Part shown: one piece after another, positions 29,201 to 47,856 of the stretch
Numbering within the stretch: the first letter of the stretch is position 1
Layout of the letters: every line of letters begins with the position of its first letter
Assembly: GCF_009914755.1 (NCBI RefSeq)
Contig: NC_060928.1
Strand: one strand, 5' to 3'
Origin: the human T2T-CHM13v2.0 reference genome, Homo sapiens
Length of the DNA stretch: 64,000 nt
Notes under the pieces: generated by a model
Databases searched by the model: none
Told to the model about the DNA's origin: nothing
The model's input: only the letters and a program-made list of their open reading frames with translations
Position numbers and translations under genes: made by a program

Positions 29201-29570
29201 GAAATCAGTATGTTATTCTAATATTGATATCTCTTTTTTTTTTTACCCTTAATAAAGACAAAGCAAAGATTAAGTGAAATGTGGTCTTATTCACCTGCCT
29301 AGATCCGCTTCTGGTCATCTCTGATTTGGGTAAACTCCTAAGAGATGTGGTCTTAGCTTGGGGATGGTTTACTCTTGTTTCCATTTGTGGAGTCATGAAT
29401 TAACTGTTAGTGTGCTGACTCTCTCTGGTCTCCATGGATGGAGGATAAATGAATTGGATAATTAACAAATAATTACTACTATAATATTTAGAATTAAAAT
29501 AAATAGAATTATTTATTTAGAATAATTATTTAGATTTAAAATAAATAGAAGATAAAATCTATTCATTTTT

Positions 29571-30594
29571 CCAAGATGGCTGAATAGGAACAGCTCCAGT
29601 CTACAGCTCCCAGCATGAGTGACACAGAAGATGGATGATTTCAGCATTTCCAACTGAAGTACCAGGTTCATCTCACTGGGGCTTGTCAGACAGTGGGTGC
29701 AGAACAGTGGGTACAGCGCACTGAGTGTGAGCCGAAGCAGAGTGAGGCATTGCCTCACCCGGGAAGTGCAAAGGGTCAGGGAATTTCCTTTCCTAGACAA
29801 GCAAAGCTGTGACAGACAGCACCTGGAAAATCGGGTCACTCCCACACTAATACTGCGCTTTTACAATGGTCTTAGCAAACAGCACACGAGGAGATTATAT
29901 CCCACGCCAGCCACGCCTGGCTCAGAGGGTCCCATGCCCACAGAGCCTCACTCATTGCTAGCACAGCAGTCAGATAGAACTGCAAGGCAGCGGCAAGGCT
30001 GGGGGAGGGGTGCCCGCCATTGCTGAGGCTTGAGTAGGTAAACAAAGTGGCCCGGAAGCTCAAACTGGGTGGAACCCACCACAGCTCAAGGAGGCCTGCC
30101 TGCCTCTGTAGACTCCACCTCTGGGAGCAGGGCATAGCCAAACAAAAGGCATCAGAAGCCTCTGCAGACTTAAATGTCCCTGTCTGACAGCTTTGAAGAC
30201 AGTAGTGTTTCTCCCAGCAAGGAGTTGGAGATCTGAGAACGGACAGACTGCCTCCTCAAGTGGGTCCCTGACCCCCGAGTAGCCTAACTGGGAGACACCC
30301 CCCAGTAGGGGCAGACTGACACCTCACACGGACGGGTACCCCTCTGAGATGAAACTTACAGAGGAATGATCAGGCAGCAACATTGCTGTTCAGCAATATT
30401 CGCTGTTCTGCAACCTCTGCTGCTGATACCCAGGCAAACAGGGTCTGGAGTGGACTTCCGGCAAACTCCAACAGACCTGCAGCTGTGGGTCCTGACTGTT
30501 AGAAGGAAAACTAACAAACAGAAAGGACATCCACATAAAAACCCCATCTGTACATCACCACCATCAAAGACCAAAGGTAGATAAAACCGCAAAG
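29571..30594 (+). promoter_or_regulatory. L1 5' UTR internal promoter and antisense promoter region, CpG-decayed
   Basis: YY1 core 'caagatggc' at the start; most consensus CpGs changed to TG or CA. Confidence 0.75.
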
Positions 30595-31608
30595 ATGGGG
30601 AGAAACCAGAGAAGAAAAACTGAAAATTCTAAAAATCAGAGTGCCTCTCCCCCTCCAAAGGAATGCAGCTCCTCACCAACAACAGAACAAAGCTGGATGG
30701 AGAATGACTTTGATGAGTTGAAAGAAGAAGGCTTCAGATGACCAAACTTCTCCAAGCTAAAGGAGGAAGTTCAACCTATCGCAAGAAGTTAAAAACCTTG
30801 AAAAAAGATTAGACAAATGGCTAAATAGCATAACCAACGTAGAGAAGTCCTTAAATGACCCCAATGGAGCTGAAAACCATAGCACAACAACTACATGACG
30901 AATGCACAAGCTTCCGTAGCTAATTTGATCAACTGGAAGAAAGGGTATCAGTGATTGAAGAGCAAATGAATGAAATGAAGAGAGAAGAGAAGTTTAGAGA
31001 AAAATGAATAAAAAGAAATGAACAAAGCCTCCAAGAAATATGGGACTATGTGAAAAGACCAAATCTACATCTGATTGGTGTACCTGATAGAGGGGGAGAA
31101 TGGAACCAAGTTGGAAAACACTCTGCAGGATATTATCCAGGAGAACTTCCCCAACCTAGCAAGGCAGGCCAACATTCAAATTCAGGAAATACAGAGAACA
31201 CCACAGATATACTCCTCAAGAAGAGCAACTCCAAGACACATAATTGTCAGAATCACCAAAGTCGAAATGAAGGAAAAAATGTTAAGGGCAGCCAGAGAGA
31301 AATGTTGGGTTACCCACAAAGGGAAGCCCATCAGACTAACAGCAGATCTCTCCGCAGAAACTCTACAAGCCAGAAGAGAGTGGGGGCCAATATTTAACAT
31401 TCTTAAAGAAAAGAATTTTCAACCCAGAATTTCATATCCAGCCAAACTAAGCTTCATAAGTGAAGGAGAAATAAAACACTTTACAGACAAGCAAATCCTG
31501 AGAGATTTTGTCACCACCAGACTTGCCCTACAAGAGCCCCTGCAGGAAGCACTGAACATGGAAAGGAACAACAAGTACCAGCCACTGCAAAAACATGCCA
31601 AATTGTAA
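30595..31608 (+). pseudogene. L1 ORF1p, disrupted
   Basis: ATG at 30595; in-frame TGA at 30739-30741; C-terminal part open (track ORF 31075-31608 with ENFPNLARQ, REWG, YPAKLS). Confidence 0.93.
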
Positions 31609-31671
31609 AGACCATCAATGCTAGGAAGAAACTGCATCATCTAACGAGCAAAATAACCAGCTAACATCATA

Positions 31672-35792
<4,121 letters not shown>

Positions 35793-36633
35793 ACAATGAG
35801 TACACTTGGACACAGGAAGGGGAACATCACACACTGGGGCCTGTTTTGGGGTGGGGGGAGGTGGGAGGGACGCATTAGGAGATATACCTAATGCTAAATG
35901 ACGAGTTAATTGGTGCAGCACACCAACATGGCACATGTATACATATGTAACTAACCTGCACATTGTGTACATGTACCCTAGAACTTAAAGTATAACAAAA
36001 AATATATATATATTATAAAATCTATTCATTTTTCTGTTTTTCTGGTCGACAGAGCAAATACAATCTTTTTTCAAAAAAAGTCTTGAAATTCATACTCAGG
36101 ATAAGAAAAAATTATATTCTCTGCACATTTTTCAAAAACTGCCACTAAAAGAAATTTTATACCTATTGTTTTTATTCCAAAATGTGTACTGCAGAAATGA
36201 AATATGTCAGGAGTATTACTGTTAATGCTGGGCAAATAAAATAAGAGTGGCAGTGATATTCATAACAGACATATAGAAGTGTTGTGAAAAATTTTACTGC
36301 CAGCTGAGATGAGCAAAATATAAGCATAAGGTGTAACTCACTATTCCTTATTGAGAAGATGAGAGATATGGGTTTAAGGGATTCCAGCTCAGTTTAATTC
36401 AAAAGTTCAGGATCACTTTGCATTAAATTCAGGATCCTGCTATGAAAGGTATACTGGGGCTTCCTTAACTATCACTATTTTAACTTTATTTTTACCTTTT
36501 CCAAACTTTCGTTTTTCTCACTTTCTGTTGCTTTCTTGTTCTTCTAATTTCTATCAATATTCTTTGCATGTGCATCATTTTATTTGTATCTTATTCATTA
36601 CTCATATAGAACTTTTTAAATATCTCATTATCA

Positions 36634-36636
<3 letters not shown>

Positions 36637-36664
<28 letters not shown>

Positions 36665-36931
36665 GAGAGAGAGAGAGATTCTTCCTCTGTCTCCCAGGCT
36701 GGTTCACTGCAACCTCCTCCTCCTGGGTTCAAGAGATTCTCCTGCCTCAGCCTCTCGAGTAGCTGGGATTATAGGCAGTCGCCACCACGCCCAGCTATTT
36801 TTGTATTTTTTAGTACAGACAGGGTTTCGCCATGTTTCCCAGGCTGTTTTCGAACTCCTGACCTCAGGTTATCCACCTGCCCTGGCCTCCCAAAGTGCTG
36901 GGATTACAGGTGTGAGCCACCACACCCGGCC
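36637..36931 (-). mobile_element. AluSx-like with an internal deletion of about 21 bp and (GA)n at the tail junction
   Basis: Antisense dimer; 'ggctggttcactgc' lacks 'agtgcagtggcgcgatctcgg'; TSD 'tatcatt..'. Confidence 0.93.
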
Positions 36932-39299
36932 TATCATTTTTATCAATTATATTTCCAATGTAAAGTTGGTAAATACATGATAATGGTGTGTATTTAACTT
37001 ATGCTTGCCCAGCTCTGATCTTTTGGTTGGTTAGGAACTAAATTGATCTTTAAAGATTATGACCTACAGACTTGTGAACTTCCATAAAACTGGGAATTAA
37101 GACAAATAGGTCTGTCTAATAATATAACTAAAATAAAAATACTTGAGAAATAGTATAAAAGTACTTCCACTTTTTTCTCATAATTCACTGAGATTATTTT
37201 CTCATCATATTTTTCATACATTAAGAGAAACAATAAAGAATGATAGCCCAGAAAGATGATATGTAACTAGAATATAATAAACAGAAACCTAAGAAAGTTA
37301 AATTTTAAGTAAACTTTCATTCTAAGTTTAATATATTTAGTAACCATAAAAAGCAAGTAACAGCAAATGTAATAATATATATTGTTTGCACATCTATGTG
37401 TATATACATATACACATATAATACACTAGATATAATGGCAATGTAAATACCTTCAAAAAATATCATCTTGTCTAGTCAAATAATTTCAGAATTATTTATG
37501 AAGCCATTAATCACAACAATTTGTATGAAGCCATTAAACACAACAATTATCTAAAATACTTATATTTTAGTTGGTTCTAATATTGATAAAGTTTTAACAG
37601 CTTTAAATGGAAGCTTTGTCAAAATGAAAAATAATATTTTAGTGTTCCAAAATTAAGCACTTACAAATAGACTCAGACAGGATACTGGACATCCATTGAT
37701 AAAATAAGATGTACGTGTTATACACTATCATATAATAAACTAGAGTTGTACTCTACACTGCTTTCATGTGGAATCCCTGGGTTTATAATTCCATATCTGT
37801 ATATTTGTTCAGAATTGTAATGTTTACTATATACATTATGTGCCCTCGACAATGTCTTCGAAAAATGAATAAAGAAGGAAAGATTAACAGTAACACAGAA
37901 TGAAACCAATCCAAGCAGCGACTACTGTTACTGCAGTAACAGAAACAGGTTCTGTGTTGCTTAGCACTGTGTCAGTTTTGTAATCCATTGGGATGTGATT
38001 TATGAAAGAGTCTCACAGATGAGGCAAATATACAGATTATATTGCAGTATCATAATTAAGCAGTTTTTCAAAGAGCAAACACTTCATATGCATAACAATC
38101 TTACCTTATCTGCTCTTGCAGGTTTGTCGTTTTTTGTATTTATGATTATGCTTTCAAAAATACATGCAAATTTATTGTTGAAATTACAGTATTTGGCTAT
38201 TCTTTCTAATACCTATCACAGCAATTATTGTATGTGACACCTGGAAGCAAAATGTCATTCACACTATTCTATCTAATTGGAATATCATCCATTATTGATT
38301 TTGTATTCCATTTAGATGTAGCTATAGTTGACTTGAAATCTAGGAGATATAATGGAATTTATTACTATCAAAAGAGTACAACAACTTAGAAAAAAATCTC
38401 AGACAAATAAAAAGAACAGAGTCTGCTGCCTCCCCAGTGATGATCGCTGTGATTGTGTTACAGCATGAACTGGATAATAAGAATTAATCCATGACAATGT
38501 TTGCTCCAAAAAACAGATGAAGACTCACCTACTAGTGATTCTCTTCCAATTTGGGTATTCAAACTAATACATGTTAAAATATCTAGAAAATATGATCATG
38601 AATTACTTGTATAAGCTCACTACTATCTTTGCATAAATAACACAAAATATGTAATTGTTAGTGGTATATTTTTATGCTAAGTAACTTCAATATAATTCAA
38701 GCCCAAAGCGGATTGATTAGACAGACCTAAGCTAACAAAAATATGATAATTTGAAAATAAATTTTACTGTGAAACTTACATTTTATACTCAGATTAAATG
38801 TTATCTTTAAAGTGGAAAATGTTCTAAAACTGATTTTCCTTAGTTAATCACTTAAGATTCTTTAGTTTTGCTTTTATTTTTGACCCACAAAATGATATTT
38901 AAGTGAGAAAGAAAACTACTCATTTAAAAAATTGTCTTCCGACTGTTACAACCATTGCAAAAGAAATAATGTTTACAATTTCAAATATGTCTATACTTTT
39001 AAAATCTGTATTCATATTTATACATCTGGAAAAATAAGCTACCTTCACAGAAAACATTAATTATATGATATTTTTGGTATTTTCTACAGGATTGAGACTC
39101 TATGAAGACTCTCCTACAGTTTTTGCCAACTCAGAGAATTAAAAGTGGTTCAGCCATCACACAGCACTTGGAGAAAATTTCCATTTCATTAAAAGGAAAC
39201 TTCCACGATGAAATAAAAATTTTCAATGGTGTTCATATTGAGAAATACTGCCACACTAATGTCAAATACGTTAATGTTTTCAAGTAGTCACAATGCAGT

Positions 39300-39545
39300 T
39301 ATAATTAGCAAGAATGAATACATTCAGCTCTGGAGTCGGGCAAACCCAGAATGGCATTCAACCTCTGCCACAACCCTACTGTCATTTTGAGCAAATAATT
39401 TAACTCTGAGCTCAGCTTCATTTCATGTAAAATAGACACAGAATGGCTTTCAGTCACAATAACTGTTTGGAAAGATAAAAGCAATAATACCTATGAAGTA
39501 CTTAGAATAATGTCTGATATAAAGTAAGAGGTCAATATCTTTATG
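39300..39545 (+). mobile_element. MIR, near full length
   Basis: 'gctctggagtc...ttgagcaaataatttaactctgagctcagcttc...tgtaaaatag...aagtacttagaataatgtctg'. Confidence 0.75.
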
Positions 39546-39729
39546 TGTATTGCAGTTGTCATAATCATCTTAATTGTAGTCATCATCATCTCCATTCTCA
39601 TCATCACACTGCTGGGTAAGTCTCCAGCCGTTGGCTCACAACTTGCACTAATGCAATGAGATATTGCTAAAACTGTATAATGACATACTGAAAAACTCTA
39701 CCAATACTCTCTAATTTACAGATTGCTTC

Positions 39730-40193
39730 AGTGAGTTGTGTACATGTAGTTATAAGAAACGGATAATGCAGCCACAATGGTCTACCAACATAAAGCCTCA
39801 TTTTTATCATTCAGGTTGACTTCTAATGAATCCCAGGCTGTTGTCACTACTCTGGGTCCCTTTGTCTGCTTGTTTTCTCCTTTAGTGTGTAGTTGTTTTC
39901 CTCATGATTGCAATGTGGCTGTAGCCCTTCCCAGCCTCAATCTGTGTCACAGATAGAAAGAATAGGGAAGACCAAAGGTACAGAGACACAAAGAGGAAAA
40001 TCCTGTAAGCCAACCCATCCTGTCTCTGTCATCAGCTTGGCTGAGAGCATCGCCAGGGATTTCTGCTTACAACTTAACAGAGCAAGGTCATGTGACCAAT
40101 CCAGCTATAATGAAGTCTTAGAAGCTGACAATAGAGCTTTCAGCCTCTGCAAAGGAATGCCTTTTGACAGGTAATCTAATGTCTGTAGCCACA
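39730..40193 (-). mobile_element. MLT1 (J/K-like) LTR
   Basis: 'cctcatgattgcaatgtggctg...gatttctgcttac...ggtcatgtgacc...gccaca'. Confidence 0.6.
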
Positions 40194-40999
40194 GAAGAGA
40201 GCAAGAGAATAAGAGTAGTGCCATATAAAATAGAAATCTTTCAGTCCATGGGTCTTAATATCTGTACAGAATTATTTCAGCTTCTAAAAGTATTTTTCTG
40301 AACTGAAAGTGAACCACCTACTTTGAATGGGCAGGTAGTAAGAACAGACTGAGGCAGGGATAGAGATTTTTGCTTTCAGAAAAAAATGTGAAACAACAAA
40401 ATATTTAACATTAATCGGAGTTCTACATGCTGCAGCTTGAAAATGTAAGTAGTCAAATAAGTAAGCTAGTTATCTGGAGACAGGGCTTTGCTATGGCCTA
40501 ACTTTTGCTGAAATGGTTCATTTACCCCAATGTAGAGATGAAACGAAGGCCTCTTTCCAACATCCCTAGTTAAACAGAACATCTAGAATTTTCTGAAGTT
40601 CTAGGAGTTCTGGAGTCAGCCCTACCAAGCATACCATACTTTAGAGGGGAAAAAAGAGATAAAGATAATAGTATTTGAGACTGGTGATGGATCAGACATT
40701 TCTATGAACACAAATGAAATGGTCCATGTAAAAATTCCCACAACTGGAATAGTAAGTAAAACTACATGCAACTCCTAGATAGCATATTCATCCATTAGAG
40801 TGATGATATTGTAGGTTTGGTTAACAGGAAGCAGTTAAGAAGACTTACAAAAATACATCCTACTCCTCAGGGGAATCTGACCTCATTCCCCTCACAAGTT
40901 TGGGAGAGAGAATTTTGATGATTTAATTTCCATTACTAGTAGTACTAATTTCCATTACTAGTTCCATTTTGAACACTTAAAAATTGATAATGAGGTATT

Positions 41000-41399
41000 A
41001 AAGGAAGGCAGATAAGACTGGGGTAAAACAAGAGTAGGTGTGAGTGAATTTCTAGGAAAAGTTTGCTCAATGTAAAGAAAGACCTACATGAATATATAAT
41101 CTGTGATCTCTGTTTCCTCTGGACACATTTGTTTCTGGATATGATATATAATAAAGCTGCGTACCCCTTGTTACCAAGAAGGAAACTAGGTTGACGTAAA
41201 ATCCTGTCTACCAAATGTGGTTAAGAGAAAAGAAAGTAAATTTTTATGATGCCATTAAGCCCCAAATCTGGTCAATCATGAGGGTTCACTGTCACTGAAT
41301 TTCCCTTCATATAGGACACACTTCTTTACTATTTAAGCTACCTAAGGTTTCATTTGTTTGTTTTTGTTATTTGCCTCCAAAGATACATAAACTAATGCA
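41000..41399 (+). mobile_element. Probable MLT1 LTR relic
   Basis: Terminus 'tttgttatttgcctccaaagatacataaactaatgca' resembles the MLT1 3' end; 5' boundary uncertain. Confidence 0.4.
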
Positions 41400-43316
41400 A
41401 CATGTTTGTGAAATATAAAGGAATATGATGAACAATAAAGACGAAACAGGTATTAAGTCAGAATTTAGGATTATTTTACAGGTTAAATTTTTAATAACTA
41501 AGTTCCTTTTCTAAAATATTAATGAGGGAAGGTATAAACCACGGTTGTCTAGAACACTAGTTATTTATTTTATAGTTAATTTTTTGAGATAATTATAGAC
41601 TCACATGAAATTATAACATATAAAACGGAAATCCTATATGCCCTTAACCCAGCTTCTCCTAATGGTTAACATCCAGCAAAACTACAGTATTATACTCACA
41701 ACCATGATATTCATATTGATACAGTACATTATTATTAAGATTTCCTCAGTTTTACCTGTACTCATTTGTGTTGTGTGTGTATGGATTTCAATTTTATCTC
41801 ATGTGTAGGTTCACATAGCCACTACCACAGTCAAGATACAGAACAGTTTCATCACGACAAGACTCTCCTGTTGCCTTTTTAATATCCACCTGTCTTCCCT
41901 CCACCACACCCTAATTGCTGGCAACTGTTAATTAATTTTGGCTTTTCAAAATGTCCTGTACATGAAATCAACCTGTATGTAACCTTTGGAGATTGTTTCT
42001 TTCTTTCAGATTTACCCAAGTTGTGGGATGTGTCGCTGTGTTTCTGTTTGTTTTAATTGCTGTGTAGTTATTCTCTAAGATGGATGTACCATCTATAAGA
42101 TGGTTTGTTTATCACTTATCCTCTACCTATTAAATGACATCTGGATTGTTTCCAGGGTAGACTGTTATGATTAAAGCTACGATGTGTATTTTTGTTTAGG
42201 GTTTAGTATAATTTTTATTTCTATGAGACAAATGGCAATAGTACTCCTTTATTATTCTTTTAATGGCCACAAGATATGAATGAAATTCCCCTTTTTCATT
42301 CTTGATATTGATGATTTGTGTCTCCTCTATTTTTATGTTTGTCTAGACTCCTAGAGGTTTGTCAATTTTATTGACTTTTTAAAAATAACAAGGTATTTGT
42401 TTTATTTTCTTTATTGTTATTTTTAAAATTTCATTGATTCCTGCTGTAGTGTTTACTTTTTTTCCTTCTGCATGGATTTTGTTTTTTGCATTTTTTTCTT
42501 TAGGATTTTAAGGGAGAGCATAAATTACTAATTTGAACCTTTTCCTCATTTCTATTGTAAGCATTTAATGCTATGAACCCAATACTGCCATAAATACATT
42601 ACACATGTTTTAAAATGTGGTCGTTTTAATTTAATTCATATACATACACACACATATAATTTGCTTTTATGCCTTCTCTTAGACCCATGGGTTATTCACA
42701 AGTGTATTATTTTGATTTCCTCATATTCATATATTTTACTGTAGTCTTTCTGTTACTTCACGGTCAGAGAATATTATCTGTGTGATTCCAGTTTTTAAAA
42801 ATTTTCTGAAGTTTCTTTTATGTCCCAGGCTGCAGTCTATACTGATGAATAGTCCATGGATAGTTGTAAAAACAAAACCTTCATTCTTCTGTTGAGAGGA
42901 ACGCTCTATATATGTCAATTAGATCCTGTTGGTTGATTGTGTTGTTCATATATTCTAAATATTTGCAGATTTTTCTGCCTAGTAGTTTTATCGGTTGCTG
43001 AGAGGAGACTGTTGAAGTCTCAAACTATAATTGAGAATTTTTCTATTTCTCCTTTCAGGTCTATCAGTGTTTGTTTCATATATTGGAGTTTTGCTGTTAC
43101 ATATGTACATATCTCAATATTTATGTCTTCCTGATGGGTTCATCCTTGAATCTTTATGTAATGTTCCCCTTTTTCTCCAGTAATTTTTTCTTTTACTATC
43201 TTCTACTTAATTAAAGATGTAACAACTCCTGCGTTTTTAACTAATATTTGCATTCACATTTTAAGTTTAAATCTTTCAACCTGTATTTCATTGAACTGGA
43301 ATTTGATGTGTTTCTT

Positions 43317-43620
<304 letters not shown>

Positions 43621-43623
43621 TGA

Positions 43624-44172
<549 letters not shown>

Positions 44173-44667
44173 TAAAATAAAAATTTGAAAGTTCCAAACC
44201 ACCTTTCTGAGATCATGCTTACTAATATAGGAAAATATAATTCAGCAACCTCAAGAAATCAAGAATCCAATTTTCAAAATGTTACTCACTCTATCTTGAG
44301 GTCATAGGTTGTTCCTGAGCCTAACCCTCACTATTCAAAGATAATGTACACAGGTGACTGTGGGCACATATAGTTTCACAACTCCTGCAAATTCTTCTCT
44401 AGACTACTCACTAAACTTAGTAAAAGGGCAAGATATTACCCTTTTAGATATGTAATGGTAACAATTTGTCATTTTTCTTCCATTGGTCAATTTTAATTCG
44501 CATTAATGAAACAATATGATGTACCTGTTGCTTCTGTCAATAGGGCATAATATTTATTAAAAATCAAGAGAGCTTTTGTAGCTACCTATACATGTAAAGA
44601 TTGCTTATTTTTTCACACTGCATTAATCTTATGACTGATAGTAGATTGATGCCCACCTCATACCCTA

Positions 44668-45155
44668 TGTGAAAATACATAATTGTCCCCAATATTAATT
44701 CTTCCCTTCTTCCTTAGCACATAGTAGAATTTCCAAATGCTTGCTGAGCAAAAAGTAAAGCCTACATTTTTAGGATCCCTTGAATCTAGTTCTGACAATG
44801 TGACTAAATTCTGGCCAATGGGATGCAAACAGAAGCAGCATATGTACCTTTCAGAAAGGTATTCTTAAAGAAAACACCGTATTCTTCTACTGCACTTCTG
44901 TCTTTCCAACTGGCTAGGTTGCTGGTTGGAGTCAGAGTTGGCGTGGCCATTTTGGATAATGTCTAATCCACTTGATGCAAAGTGTAGACAGAAACATAAA
45001 GGGTTCCTGGATCTGAGAATTGAGGTTCTGAAATTATGCTGCTTATATATATATATATATATAGTGCTTATGTAAGAGAGAAATAAATTATATTATTTCA
45101 ACTTAAATTTGTTGTGCATTTTATATCACTAGTAGCTGAACATACTAATAATACA
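44668..45155 (+). mobile_element. MLT1 (J-like) LTR
   Basis: 'tgtg...atgtgactaaattctggccaatgggatg...atgtaagagagaaataaa...taataca'. Confidence 0.7.
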
Positions 45156-45255
45156 GTTCTCAATGCTAATTCCATTGTGAATGCCATTTTCACATTGGAA
45201 CTTATTCAGATAAATCATCTACAGTAATTGTTACTGCAGCAACAACTTAATCTTT

Positions 45256-45583
45256 TTTTCGTTTGTTTTTTTTTTTTTTTTTTTTTTTTTTTTGAGACGG
45301 AGTCTCGCTCTGTCGCCCAGGCTGGAGTGCAGTGGCGCCATCTTGCAATTTCGGCTCACGGCAAGCTCCGCCTCCTGGCTTCAAGCGCTTCTCCTGCCTC
45401 AGACTCCCGAGTAGCTGGGACTACAGGCGCTCGCCACTACTCCCGGCTAATTTTGTTTTTGTATTTTCAGTAGAGACGGGGTTTCACGTGTTAGCCAGGA
45501 TGGTCTTGATCTCCTGACCTCGTGATCCACCCGCCTCGGCCTCCCAAAGTGCTGGGATTACAGGCGTGAGCCACCAAGCTCGG
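45256..45583 (-). mobile_element. AluY/Sc8-like
   Basis: 'gtgttagccaggatggtcttgatctcctgacctcgtgatcc', 'gcaagctcc'; TSD 'acaa(c/t)ttaatcttt'. Confidence 0.93.
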
Positions 45584-45599
45584 ACAATTTAATCTTTGA

Positions 45600-46150
45600 A
45601 AATTGATATTATCATGTTACTTTCTTGTTTAACACACTTGACTAGCTTGCAAAATTCTATTACTGTTGAAGCCAAATCCTTCATACGACCAGCTTCCTCA
45701 TCTCTACAAGTTTAGTACATTTTTTTCTTCCTCTTATATTTCAAACAGGACAGCCTTATTTTTTTATGAATTATGTTATATTACATCTTACACATATCCT
45801 TTGGTCATAATTTTGTTCCTCCCAAATTTCAAAATCTTGTTTTAATATATATCTTATTAAGTTTTTATCCTTCGTTCTCAGAGAAAGTATTTCTTCCTTT
45901 GAAAAATCTCCTGGACTCCTTGATTTATGTCAGATCCTTTCACTTGACACCTTCATTAAAATATGTGTCTTTACCTCTGTACTACAAAATTTTTCAATTC
46001 ATGTTTGTGGCCCCTGTTAGACTATTAATTCCATGAGTGCATTAAGTTACATGTTTCTTTTTGATTTTTCTGTAATGCTGGCATCTGGCAGTAAAGCACA
46101 GCACTTAGCACATAGCAAATGCTCAGTAAAGGCTTTTAAATAAGTGGATT
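45600..46150 (+). mobile_element. L2 3' fragment
   Basis: Ends 'agcacagcacttagcacatagcaaatgctcagtaaagg'. Confidence 0.55.
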
Positions 46151-46387
46151 TTTAAAAATTATCAACACTTCTCTTTGAAAATGGTGACTTTAGCACTTGA
46201 CTCACTGACTTTCTCTATACAACATGTCACGAAACTTAAGATCTCTGTGGCAACTTATTCTCTCTGCTCCTCAAACTATTATCCAAAATTTTTTCCCATT
46301 CTACTTCAGTCATATAATATCTTTATATCATGGACATTGATACCACCAAAATGTCAGCCACTAAACACTCTTTAAACATAACCTTCT

Positions 46388-46704
<317 letters not shown>

Positions 46705-47059
46705 CTGCTTATATTTCTTCTTCAATTATTTCTACTGCCCTGTACTTGACATCAATGGTACTACAATCTGATGACTATGTTTTGACTCTCTACTACTCCA
46801 ACATTACACTAAAGATTATTTCTAAAATACCTCAGAATGTATCTCAGGAAAAAATTAATCTAACTGCCTGTGCCCTCTGTGAGTGCTGCCAGCCGTCTGA
46901 TTGGAAATGGGGACACCACTCCTCACACGGGGCCTTGACATTGCCCAGACATTGTCCATTCCTAAGGAAATTATTTTTTGATTCTCTGCCTAGTAAAGAT
47001 TCACCCTAAATCCACATAAATGATTTAGAATGTTTTCCACTGAAATGCTAGAATTATAT

Positions 47060-47856
47060 GTGAGTTAGAGATAATAAGCAAGTAGGAAATAGGAACAATT
47101 CAAGGTTGGTTAGTTCAGTTGCTCAGCAACGTCTTCAAGGAACTGGGCCCTTTCTATGCTGCCATCCCCACCTCTTGGTATTACCTTCCCTCATGGTCAT
47201 GAGATGGCCATAGCAGTACTAACGCTGTGTGAACACAGGACGATATCCAGAGAAGAGAGGTGTTTTCCTCCAGCAACTGTCTGCATTATCAAAGAAAACC
47301 TTTCCCAGAAGCTGACCAAGAGGCTCTCTCTCGGGTTCCAGAGGGCATAATTAGGCACCATGTGCATCCTCTTACTAATCACTAGCAAGGAGACTGCGAC
47401 CAAAGGAATCTGTCACATCAGCACTCCCCAACATTTTTGGCACCGGGGACCAATTTTGTGGAAGACAATTTTTCCAGGGATGGTGGGTGGCGGGATGATT
47501 TGTGGTTGAAACTGTTCAGGCAGCCTAGATCCCCTGAATGCGCAGTCCATGATAGGGTTTGTGCTCCTGTGAGAATCTGCTGCTGCTTATGATCTGACGG
47601 CAGGCCACGCACAGGCAGTAATGCTTGCCCATCACTCACCTCCTGCTGTGTGGCCGGGTTCCTAACAGGCCACAGACTGGTACCAGCCTGTGACCCGGGG
47701 GTCGAGGACCTCTGTGTTAGATACAAGATTATTTATTTTGGCATAAAGTGGTTAAAACCTTTCTGTAAATAAATATAGTGGTGAATATCTCCACAAAATT
47801 AAATCTTTGTTAGCAACAAATGAAAAGGCATGGCTTTTGATAGTCAACCAATAGCA
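47060..47856 (-). mobile_element. MLT1K/L-like LTR split by MER1B
   Basis: 'cctcatggtcatgagatggc...aaacctttcccagaagc...aatcactagcaagg', resuming '...tgttagcaac' after MER1B. Confidence 0.65.
47419..47714 (+). mobile_element. MER1B hAT-Charlie DNA transposon with a small internal deletion
   Basis: Ends 'cagcactccccaac' and 'gtcgaggacctctg'; 'ttttgtggaagacaatttttcca'; degenerate 8-bp TSD tgtcacat/tgttagat. Confidence 0.9.

Noticed and set aside
37496-37548. Short direct repeats (also about 5746-5800, 11053-11110, 40926-40962) as possible array-like elements
   Set aside because: Two-copy slippage duplications with no spacer structure; not CRISPR-like, and the context is eukaryotic
38435-38480. 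C/D snoRNA-like 'ccagtgatga...ctgg'
   Set aside because: No CTGA D box at a suitable distance, and too short
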